Positions 54,057-64,000 of a stretch of 64,000 nt of DNA are shown one piece after another (the first letter of the stretch is position 1; every line of letters starts with the position of its first letter). The notes beneath the pieces are model-generated. The model ran no database searches. It worked only from the letters and a program-made list of their open reading frames with translations, and was not told where the DNA came from. The translations under genes and the position numbers were made by a program. Origin of the DNA: Felis catus (taxonomy: Eukaryota); assembly GCF_018350175.1 (NCBI RefSeq), contig NC_058368.1, positions 229,898,001-229,962,000 of the forward strand, written 5' to 3'.

Positions 54057-54262
54057 GGGACCCCTGGGTGGCTCAGTCACTTAAGTGTCCAACTGTGGCT
54101 CAGGTCATGATCTCATGGTTTGTGGGTTCGAGCCCTGCGTTGGGCTCTGTACTGACAGCTCAGAGCTTGGAGCCTGCTTCAGGTTCTGTGTGTGTCTCTC
54201 TCTTTGCCCCCCCCCCCCACTCGTGCTCTGTCTCTTAAAAATGAATAAATGTTAAGGAAAAA
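54057..54262 (+). mobile_element. Can-SINE
   Basis: TSD aagaatatgatctt at 54039-54052 and 54263-54276. Confidence 0.95.
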
Positions 54263-57200
54263 AAGAATATGATCTTTGTTTGGTAAATGAAGCCATAGCT
54301 AGATGAATTTATTTGAACAATCTAAAATTCAAAGTCTATGTCACGGCAACTAGTGGGCCGTTATAATCCTTGTTTGATAGTTTATGCACAATCAAATATG
54401 GCCTGGCACTCAAGTAACCAGAAGCTCAAGTAATTATAAGTCCGTCGTAAGAAAGTAACGAGGGATGAGATTGTGAGCTGTCCATGTGTTTGGTATGATA
54501 GCTGCCATTTTTATTTCATTTTTTATGAAGTTGAACCAACTTGGGCTGACCATGTGTTCCTCGGGTCACTTTGGTCCCCATGCTCACGGACTTCACACGT
54601 GCACTTAATCTGTTGCTCCTTCTTTAAATGAGTGACTCCAACTTTAGTGAAGAAAAGTATCTTAAGGGTCAGCATAGTATTGATATTCCTATATACTATG
54701 CTCTGGTGTTTGTGATAACCTGCTTTTCCAAAAACAAGAATCCACTATGCTAAACCATATGGAATTGCTGAACTAGACTGTTCTGGATCCACAGGATGGC
54801 ACTTTTATTAGGTTCCATCACTAATAAGATGAAGGCAGTGAGGTAGTTACTAACAGTAAGTTAGTCTGCCGAAGCGTTCATGAGAGTAATCCGTAGGTCA
54901 TCAGTTAACAGGGAATAGGGAGGGAGTGGTAGTCTGCTCCTACTTGTTGAACTGTAGGTAGTAGGAAGCATTTTGAGGAAGGAAGTTCAAGTGATTTCAG
55001 AAAGGTGGAAAATCTTCCTGTCTTTAAGGCCGTTGAATAAAGAGATGATTCACATAGAAGTCTTGAAAAGCATGGATAAGGTGCCTTGCCAAAGTGATAT
55101 TCTGAGCACACAGTAATTCGAGGAACAACTGGTAGATCGTGTTAAGACCATCGTGGTAAAAAAGCGCTCCAGTACTGTCACACTCCGCAACATCAAGCCT
55201 TTTTATAGCCCACCTTGATTGTGTTTTCACTTGACATTTGGGATAAGCCTCTAACACATTTTCCTTCTTTTTCATCTTTATGTGATTTGCACTTCCTTAC
55301 TGTGGCTGCTTCTCCAGTCTTCCTTCTGTCTTTTTGTTCCAGTGTCCCACTTAGTAATATCAAAACCGTGAATGCATAAAAAAGTTGTTAGTCAATCCTC
55401 CCAGTATCCTTGGTCAGTATAGTAATCATAACTGTGGTTTTGAAAGCCACCTTGGCATTTATAAATAGAGAGGATCTTTCTGGCGCGAAGATACTTCCAT
55501 CTGTCTAAACATTAAAGTTCTGTTGACATCATACACCGACTCTAAGATAACTTCTCTCTGAAAGCGGGATTGCCGTGAAAAGCCCATCATGCCCTGGGAC
55601 ATACTCTTTAGTGTGTTGAACACAGGTCAGAGGGAAATAGTTCAGGAAACAAACCCACACAAAAAGGCACTATTCCTTTGCTTGTTCTTTTTCCCAGAGG
55701 TGGCACAGCTGAAGAGACCCTTTAACAGCGTGTCTTTGTCTTCCCTGAAATCACGCAATCCCAGCACTTTGACTGTCATAACGTGTTAGACCCTTCGAGA
55801 GCTCAGAGTTTATTTCCTCCAAACGCTTCATGTTACACCCGAGGAAATGGAGGCATACACAGAAAGTAGTGATTGGGGCTTTGACCTAGAGTCACTCTGA
55901 GTCTGTCGCTCAGTCATGATGATGGAAATACACCGTCATGCTGCCGGGAGCCCTGTTTGTTGTTTCTCCAGGGGGTCTCAATAGAGATTTCTAGTTTACC
56001 CTCTGTGATTTTAGGTTTTTTGAAGCAGAGAGATGGGAAACTCACTTCAGCCGGGTGATCTGTCTCCAGCAGCCTTTTAGTCATGACATTTCCACCTCCT
56101 GGCATGTATTTAGCCACAGTGGGAAATTCAGGAGGATATACATTCATTCTGTCTTTGAGCATTCTGTCAGAGCAGTCTTGTAGAAGAGAAAAGGAGAATA
56201 CTGATTATTGGCAAAGTATCGTGTAAATGCAAAGACAGCCTTCAATAATTGGAGGACCACTGACTTAAATTGTGCGATGAACCATTAAAAAGATAAACGT
56301 GGGTTTTGGTAAAAAACATCATTGTCTTTTACTGGATTGTAGATATTCTATTGATGACTTCATGGTGCGTTATAAATCACAGTTTAAATAAGTGATGAAG
56401 GAGAAAGTAAATCTCTGGAGTAAATGAAGCCTGCTCATTGTCTGCTGCTTGATAAATAGTGTGTACAGTGCTCATAATCCTTAAAATGGTTTCAGTGAAA
56501 TTGTTATCGTCTCTTTAGAGTTTACATTTTGACACGAAAACTTGATATTCTGTTTAATGCACTGCATATAAAAGACTTTTTCAGTGCCATGTATCTCCGC
56601 TGTGGGCCCATAGATATCTGAATGACACACAGAGAACGTTAAGTACGAAATGGTAGAAACTAGTTAGGTAACCCATAAGCACGTGACACGTTAGCACTGC
56701 AAACTGAACCGTAAGAAAATCCAGGTGATACTATAAATCAAAGCACGATCGACTGGGAAATAAATGACGTGGGAATGTGTTGTAAATCATGTTATGGGGC
56801 TACATATTCTGTTTCGAGAAATTTAATAGTACCCCTTATTTAATTATTATGTGTTCTGCACACTTACTTTGTAAATTTCAATTCCCCCTCCCTTTCTTTT
56901 CTTCCTCATTTATAGGTGTTTATTTCTGGGATGTTTCAAGTTGGCAGGGTTGTTTCGGTGGTTATTTTTAAATCCCATTCTGAACATCACACTATCTGCC
57001 AACATATTTAGCATCTTAGTCTGGTTATTTGTTGCATTTCTATCCAAGAACAAGGACCCTTTGTATTACCTGCACTTGACACAGTTCCTGGTGCATTTTA
57101 GCTGTTCAGTAATGTCATTGGTGCCATTGAGTACTGTTCACCTTCTGTTGATTGTAAAACGTGTTAGGATTTACATAACACCAAATTTGTTGACCTTTAT

Positions 57201-57264
57201 AAATATAGTGAAAGGATTAGTGAGAAAGAAGGTAAGGGAGGATCCTTATTTTTTCTCTGAATTT

Positions 57265-57289
57265 CACACACACACACACACACACACAC
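57265..57289. repeat. (CA)n microsatellite
   Basis: Read directly from the sequence. Confidence 0.92.
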
Positions 57290-58304
57290 CCTTCCACTGT
57301 ATATTCCATGGGTTCTTTTCATTTTGAACATGTTCACCATCCAGAATAGACAGTCTCTTATTTTTATGGGTATGTCCAGATGCCATTAGTGTCATATGCA
57401 AATGGTTCTGAGTAAATCGTGTTTGGATCATCCATGGAATATTGCACGTCAGGGCGCAAGGGCGCCCTCGACACCTGGGCCTGTCTCTGTCATCTTTCTT
57501 CCATCTGTTGGTTCTAATAAATATTGTCCCCAGCCCAGTAGAGGAGTCCAGGGCTTCCGACGCAGAGGCTAACTTTAATATAAAGAGCCGAGTGTCTAGG
57601 AAGGGGATACGAAACTGCCACATGCTAAGCCAGAGTGCACCTGTGCATGTCTTCTCCACAGAAACCAGAGAGAATTCAGATGCGACATGACTTGGTGCTG
57701 TGACTCAGTGGCAGGAAGTCCCAGCTAGGTCCGTGTGTTGTTCCCAGGTACCTGGGGGCGAACAGGCAGCACACTTACCTACACAGAAGGACAGCAAGCT
57801 GTTTCACTCATTTCCTGTGTAGACAGCTTGTCTGCTTCCTACTAAATTGTGATAATTACTTCAAACGGTGGCCATGGGAATGCTGCTGAGAAAAATTAAC
57901 CCCTTCCTGATGGGTCAGTAGATTTTCATAATAGGTAATTAGTACCCTTGTAGGTAGCTGGCAAGAGCAGCCTTTCTGATGAGTCTAAGCTGCCTTGTTT
58001 TAAGGAATTAGGCATCAGATTTGACATCAAATGTATCTACGTGGAGTGGTCAGTGGTAATTACCTGGTGATAAATGACTGTGTAGTTATGATTACTGTGT
58101 AGTAATGAAAAGTGTTGGCTTGTACTTATACTACAAGACTATAAGTTAGTCTTATATTTTGTGTTGCATTAATTCTTCCTTCATTAACTTTCGCTAGTGG
58201 AAATGGAAGGAGAATGTTTTGTCCCCTAAAGAATGACTTGCTTAGAGTCCTTTAGCGGGTACATAGTAGAAGCACTGTGGAGCAGGTTGGAAGATCAGGT
58301 TTGT

Positions 58305-58720
58305 GTAAGAGGCCAGACCAATACGGTATTATCTGACTTGTATATGGAATCTTCAAAAGCCAAACACAGAAACAGAGGCTATAGTGGTGATTTCCAGGGG
58401 CTGTGGGTGGGGGAGAATGGGCGACGTGGTCCAAAGGCACAAACTTCCAACTGTAAGATGAATAAGTTCCGAGGATCTATTATACATCATAGTAATTATA
58501 GTTAATACTGCTCTACTATGTACTCGAAAGGTGTTAGGAGAGTAAGTCTTAAGTGTTCTCACCCCAAGAGAGAAATGGTAATTATGTGATGTGGTGCAGA
58601 TGTTAGCTAAAGCTATGGTGGTAATCATTTTGCCATATATAAGTGAGTCAAGTCAACACATTGTACGCCTTAAACTTACACAGTGTTATATAAGTTAATT
58701 ACATCTCAATAAAGTTAGGG
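58305..58720 (+). mobile_element. L1 3' end (L1MA9-like)
   Basis: aaaggcacaaacttccaactgtaagatgaataagttccgaggatcta..ccttaaacttacacagtgttata..ctcAATAAAg (58708-58713). Confidence 0.88.
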
Positions 58721-58888
58721 GGAGGGGGAGAGAAGCTAAGCCCAGAAAGGAAAAGGTAACCTGAAAAAGCAGGACTCATATGTCAGTACTATTGACACAA
58801 GGTTTTGATTTAAAAAAAAAAGTAAAATTTTTATTGAGTTCTGAAGGTTTAATCTACAATCACTTAGATTCATTCATTTGAATATATA

Positions 58889-59120
58889 TTTTTTAAGTTT
58901 ATTCATTTATTTTGAGAGAGAGAGAAAGAGAGAGCATATTTGTGGTGTACCAGTGCAGGAGGGGCAGAGAGAGAGAGAGAGGGAGAGAGAGAATCCTAAG
59001 CAGGCTTCATATTGTCAGTGCAGAGCCCAATGTGGGGCTCAAACTTACGCACCGTGAGATCATGACCTGAGCTAAAGTCAAGAGTTGGATGCTTAACCGA
59101 CTGAGCCACCCAGGAGTCCC
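58889..59120 (-). mobile_element. Can-SINE
   Basis: Reverse SINEC. TSD tttgaatat. Confidence 0.93.
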
Positions 59121-59360
59121 TTTTTGAATATTTCTTGAGTGTCACCTGTGGACATGGTAGCATTTTCATTTTACTTCATCTGTAGATTCTATTCTATATT
59201 ATTAAACAGTCCATCCTTCTGGAAATACTTTCCTTGTTAAGTACAAGTAATTACTTGTTTTTGGGTTTCCCCTTACCCTTCTAGTTATTCTTTCTGTTTT
59301 CTTTGCTGGCTTCTTCTTCCCTACCCAACTTTAAATGTGGAATGAAAGCATAGCTGGAGC

Positions 59361-59540
59361 CTTGCCTTGCCGTGCCTTGCCTTGCCGTGCCTTGCCTTTC
59401 CATTCCTTTCCTTTCCTTTCCTTTCCTTTCCTTCCCTTCCCTTCCCTTCCCTTCCCTTCCCTTCCCTTCCCTTCCCTTCCCTTCCCTTCCCTTCCCTTCC
59501 CTTCCCTTCCCTTCCCTTCCCTTCCCTTCCCTTCCCTTTC
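59361..59540. repeat. 36-unit pentanucleotide array (CTTGC/CGTGC)7 CTTTC CATTC (CTTTC)5 (CTTCC)21 CTTTC
   Basis: Counted directly. The minus strand reads (AAGGG)n(AAAGG)n(AAGGC)n. Confidence 0.97.
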
Positions 59541-59740
59541 CATTTTAAATGTTTAGTTTTTTAATTTGAGAGAGAGAGAGAGAGAGAGTGCAAGCAGGGA
59601 GGGGCAGAGAGAGAGGGAGAGAGAGAAACCCAAGCAGGTTCTGTGCTGTTAGCACAGAGTCCAACCCTATGAACCATGAGATCATTACCTGAGCCGAGAT
59701 CAGGAGTTGGACACTTAACCAACTGAGCCACCAGGGACTC
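59541..59740 (-). mobile_element. Can-SINE whose tail became the pentanucleotide array
   Basis: TSD tagct(g/a)gagcctt at 59351-59363 and 59742-59754 brackets the SINE and the array together. Confidence 0.92.
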
Positions 59741-59769
59741 TTAGCTAGAGCCTTTCTTTGTATCTCATT

Positions 59770-60230
59770 CTGCCCTTCCCAGATGGGTGAGTTCATGTCC
59801 ATCACTGATAGCTTTAATTTGCATCACTTTCCTTACTTCCAGCCTTAACTACTTCCTTTAAATCTTTACTGATTCACAGGCCACTCAACCTCAACATGTC
59901 CAAAACTGAATGTGTGGTTTTCTCTCTAAAACTTGGTCCTCCTCGAGCATTGGCCTTGTTAGTGAATGGTATCTCTGCCTCCGCAACTGCAAAAGCTAAA
60001 AGGATAGGAGTCATTCTTGGAACCTTCCGTTTTCTTGTCCTCCATGGCCAATCATGGACAAGGCTATTGGGTTTTGCTCCATGGCATCTCTTGAATATGC
60101 CCACTCTTACCACCTCCAAAGCCACCACACTCATCTGTGGCATCATTTTGTCCTGTATTCCTGGACTTGGACGTCCCTCTCTTTGGACATCCCCACATCC
60201 TGTCTTGCTCTCTGACTCATTTTCCTTGTA
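59770..60230 (+). mobile_element. L2 fragment (probably continuing at about 60540-60850 and 61530-61720)
   Basis: acaggccactcaacctcaacatgtccaaaactgaa..taggagtcattcttg; L2 3' end gaatgcaagatctatgagggcaggacctg at about 61630. Confidence 0.72.
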
Positions 60231-60324
60231 GGAGCTTCAGTACTTTGGTTGTTTGAGGTGCACGTGGTGCATATATTAGCCTGCTCTTCTCATTATTTTA
60301 AGACTGTTTTTTTTAAGATCCACA

Positions 60325-60538
60325 CCATTGACATTCAAGCCAGACAACTCTATTGTGGTGCTGTCCTGTAAATTTTAAGATGTTAGCATCATCCCTGGTC
60401 TCTACCCACTAGATGTCAGTAGTACCCCATCCCTACAGTTGTGACAACCCAAATATCTTCTTTCCATACCAATGCCCTGGGGCTGCGAGGGATGGGGTAG
60501 GAGGAATTTGAGTAAAATCCCTCTAGCTAAAACCACTG
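60325..60538 (+). mobile_element. MER20 hAT-Charlie MITE
   Basis: attgacatt..gctgtcctgt..agcatcatccctggtctctacccactagatgtcagtag..agttgtgacaacc..aaccactg. Confidence 0.85.
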
Positions 60539-60859
60539 CTGTAGGGATAAAGAGCAAAAATCCTAAGCACAGCCCTAGGTTCTGGCATTTTGTAATTCCT
60601 GGTTTGGTGCCTCAAGCTTATTTCATGCTCTTTTCTCATGTTTCCCACTCTGGCCCCCTCACTGTGGTATGGCACCCCATGGGCTTTACATCTCAGGATG
60701 TTTTCTCAGACTGTTCCCTTTGTCTGGACCCTCCTCCCACACTCTCCCACCCCCATTCCCTTTGCCCTAATAATGTCCATGTATCCTTCACATCGCACTT
60801 CAAACACTGCTTCTCCCCTCAAAAATAAATTTCCTCTAACCTCCAGAATAAGTCATGCA

Positions 60860-61520
60860 CGTGTGTACCTTGTTTTGTTGCACTTCCTTTCACTGTGCTT
60901 CACAGATCATTGCGTCTTCTACCAATTCCAGGGTTGAGACAGCCCTGTGTCTGGCAAGTCTGTTGGCACCATTTTCCCAACGGCATTTGCTCACCTCTTG
61001 TCTCCTTGTCCCATTTTGGTAATTCTGGTGATATTTCAAACCTTTTCATTATTATTGGATTGGTTACAGTGATCTGTGATCAGCAGTTAGAACTTACTGA
61101 AAGCTCAAATGATGGTTAGTGCTTTTTAGCAATAAATTATTATTTATACAAGGTCTATACATTTTTTCTTTTTTTTTTTTGCGAGAGCATGAATACAGGA
61201 GAGGAGCAGAGGGAGACAGAGAATCTTAAGCAGGCTTTATGCCCAGTGTGGAGCCTGATGCAGAGCTCAATCTGATGACTGTGAGATCATGACCTGAGCA
61301 GAAATCAAGGGTCAGACATTTAACGGACTAAGCCACCCGGGAGCCCCAGGTATATATGTCCATTGAAGCCATAATGGTATTGAACACTTAATAGACTACA
61401 GTATAGTATAAATATAACTTTTATGGGAAACCAAAAAATCCATTGCAGTTGCCTTATTTCCATATTTGCTTTTATGGAGGTGGTTTGGAAGTGAGGCATG
61501 ATGTCTCCAAGGTATGTCCG
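60860..61520 (+). mobile_element. Internally deleted Tigger1-derived DNA transposon, interrupted by a SINE
   Basis: Tigger1 left end (tacct..gcaagtctgttggcaccattttcccaac..gtgatctgtgatcag) fused to the right end (cacttaatagactacagtatagt..tctccaaggtatgtccg|ta). Confidence 0.88.
61162..61347 (-). mobile_element. Can-SINE inside the Tigger1 relic
   Basis: TSD aggt(c/a)tata at 61151-61159 and 61348-61356. Confidence 0.92.
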
Positions 61521-61736
61521 TACTCGGATTATACTCTTTTATGAACCCTGTAATTGTACTTAAGAACATTTATCACAATTTAATTAAATTGTTAACCTTC
61601 AGCTGTTTAATTTCTACCTCCGTCACTGGAATGCAAGATCTATGAGGGCAGGACCTGTTCTTTCCTGTTTCACCAGTGCCCAGAACACCATGAGTTGTAA
61701 ATATTATTAGGTCGAGTTCAACAAGTCATTATCAAG

Positions 61737-62182
61737 TGTGGTAGACTAAATAGCTACCCATCCCAAGATAGCCACATCCTCATCCTTGGAACCATAAATA
61801 TTACTTTAAAGAGACTTTACAGGTGTGATTAAGGATCTTGAGATAGAAGATTATCCTAGATGATCTGGGTTATCACAGAATGGTTTTATAAGAGGGAAGC
61901 AGGGGAGATCTGACTACAGAAGAAGGCAGGGTGGTGCTGGAAGGAACTCACTATCCTGCTGGCTGTAGAGACGGAGGAAGGACTGTGAGCCAAGGAATGC
62001 AGGGGACCTTTAGAAACAAGAAAGGCAAAGAGATAGAGCCTCCTCCAGAGCCTTGAGGTCCCAGCACTGCTGGTGCTTTGACATTAGCTCATTGAAGCTG
62101 ATTTTGGGCTTACAACCTCCAGCTCATACAGTGTATTAAGCCACTGTGGTAATTTATTACAGCAGCAATAGCAACTAATACA
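61737..62182 (+). mobile_element. Solo MaLR LTR (MLT1C/D-like)
   Basis: TG..CA termini with a perfect 5-bp TSD tcaag (61732-61736 and 62183-62187); gagactttacaggtgtgattaaggatcttgagat, gagccaaggaatgcagg, ggtaatttattacagcagcaatag. Confidence 0.92.
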
Positions 62183-63595
62183 TCAAGCAAAGCAAAATTT
62201 CGAGCTGTGACAGTGTCTATAGAGAGAAGATGGTTTTTGGCATCAAAGACTTCATAATCTAGAAGTAAAAAATATGCATAATTATAGGACAAGATAAATT
62301 GGTCATAATTGAGGTACAAAGAATGTGCTGTTCTGGTGCAAAGGAAGGAATAGCAATATCCTGTTAGAAAGATCAAAAAAGCCTATTAGAATATTTACAA
62401 TTTAAAGGAGGCATTGAAGGACACATGGTGTTTGGATGCACGGAGATGAGTTGAGGGAAATTCAGGCAATAGAAACAGCTTGCATGAGAGAAAGACGGCA
62501 GAGAATATGAAGTGCATTTGGAAAAGACTTGTTTATCCTGAATGTTGAATGCAGTGAAATTAATCGAAATGAACTCAGTGATATGAGTTTGGTAAAGTAT
62601 ACTGGGCCAGATGACAAAGGATCGTGACTGACAGCCATCTAGTGATTCCCACGGCTCAGGAGCCCATAAAACATCGCTGAAGTTTGTGACCAGGCACTGA
62701 GGGGATAGAGCTCTTTCTTTGCTTTAGAAAGCAAACCTCGGTGTATCATATGGTATGTACTTGGTTAGAGAGCAGTTGGGTTGGAGGCAGGAAAACAAAG
62801 CAGGTGTTTTGTCAGTCTAGGTTAGAGAGAGCTAGAGCATGAAGAAGGCTGGTAGCAGAGGAAATAAAAACCAAAGGAACATCTTAGAGGTATTTTGGAA
62901 GTAGGAGTCACAGCAGTGTAATGGAAGGCCAGAGTTGAAGGGGTTGGTATGTGAGAGTCTAGAACAGATCCGGGTGCAGGAAGTAGAAAGGCTGCTAAGA
63001 GTGTGGAAAGAAAGGGATCACTGGATTAGCCCATTTGACTGCAACCACCAGAACAACTATTTCAAAGTCTAGACCTAAAGCTTTGGGTTGTGGCTAAAGT
63101 TATTAGCCCCTGAGAGAGTGAGGTTCTACCTGGATGAAAAGTCCCTGACTTCATTACAGACTTTTTTACAGAGATTCCTGCTACTAATATAATCCAGCAT
63201 AATTGACCTAAAGGTGGTATGTATATGAGACTACAGTTAATTGCTTTTCTTTAATTATGACAAAAATGGGAAGTGTCATTAGTTTGAATTCCCATGTTTT
63301 GGGCTTCATAGTGCTTAGCAGAAGGCCTGGCCCATAGTAGATACTCGACAAATACTATCTAAATTGATTGAAAAGTAATTTGTCTGTAGTAGAAATATGG
63401 TGTTTGTACAGCCTCTTAGTGTGGTTCTGTTGGGATGGTTGATTCATCTTCAAGGGTATGGAGGTGACTCATGAATAGCCAGTCGAGGGCCTCATCTCCC
63501 TGACCACAGGGTTTAGTTCCTGGATGGGCATCATTCCAGGAAAGGCCAATCAGAGTGCCTCCATGGAATGTGATATAAGGATACTGAGCAGCCAG

Positions 63596-63922
63596 AGCCA
63601 TAGACCAAACGTTTGTATGCTCTGCAAAATTTATATGTTCAAACCTAATCCTTGGTGTAATAGCATTTGGAGGTGGAGCCTTTGGGAGGTGAGTAGGCCA
63701 TGAGATAGAGCCCTCACGAATGGGATTAGTACCCCTATAAAAGTATCCACACAGATCCCTCACCCGTTCCATCATGGAAGGACCCAGTGAGAAGGTACCA
63801 GCCGTGAAACAGGAAGAGGGCTCTCACCGTAGCCTGACCTTGCCGGCACCTTGATCTTGGGTATCCCAGACATCAGAACTGTGAGAAATGAGTTTATGTT
63901 TGTTTTTAAACCACCCAGTCTC
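63596..63922 (+). mobile_element. MaLR LTR (MLT1A/A0-like), 3' end missing
   Basis: atttggaggtggagcctttgggaggtga..gagccctcacgaatgggattagt..ggcaccttgatcttgg..cagaactgtgagaaat. Confidence 0.87.
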
Positions 63923-64000
63923 TTCCTCTGGGAACTCAAACTTTTAGAATGAGGTAATCCCAGAACCATCGGTGAACATCTTGCCTCTGTGTGGAAGATA

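Noticed and set aside
59331..59564. Low-complexity ORFs (EGKGR)n and (FPSLP)n
   Set aside because: Translations of the pentanucleotide microsatellite.

Overview
This window is felid (cat-family) genomic DNA, judged from about 29 tRNA-derived Can-SINEs of the SINEC_Fc type and a felid-type L1 3' end. It lies inside the neuronal gene CTNND2 (delta-catenin) on the + strand. The only protein-coding sequence I can support is the 137-nt coding exon 2 at 2403-2539 (AG..GT, phase 1 to 0, peptide [45 protein letters not shown]). Bases 1-2402 are the end of intron 1 and 2540-64000 are the start of the very long intron 2. The other ORFs in the track are repeat-derived or chance. The intron holds Can-SINEs (many with readable TSDs, one nested in another), a 3.5-kb 5'-truncated L1, other L1/L2/MIR relics, MaLR LTRs, DNA-transposon relics (MER82, Tigger1-derived, MER58, MER20, MER102) and microsatellites. 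I found no evidence of a novel multi-gene system. The most interesting leads are: (1) a compact CpG-enriched patch at about 30.1-30.4 kb with an RE1/REST-like site, a CTCF-like site and a perfect 16-bp E-box palindrome; (2) an AAGGG/AAAGG/AAGGC pentanucleotide array grown from an antisense SINE tail, like the human RFC1/CANVAS repeat; (3) an in-frame strong-Kozak ATG just upstream of the exon 2 acceptor; (4) a 63-nt hairpin at 6261-6323; (5) an intronic CpG-island-like patch near 50.5-51.1 kb. Repeat family names come from remembered consensus sequences, not from a database search.
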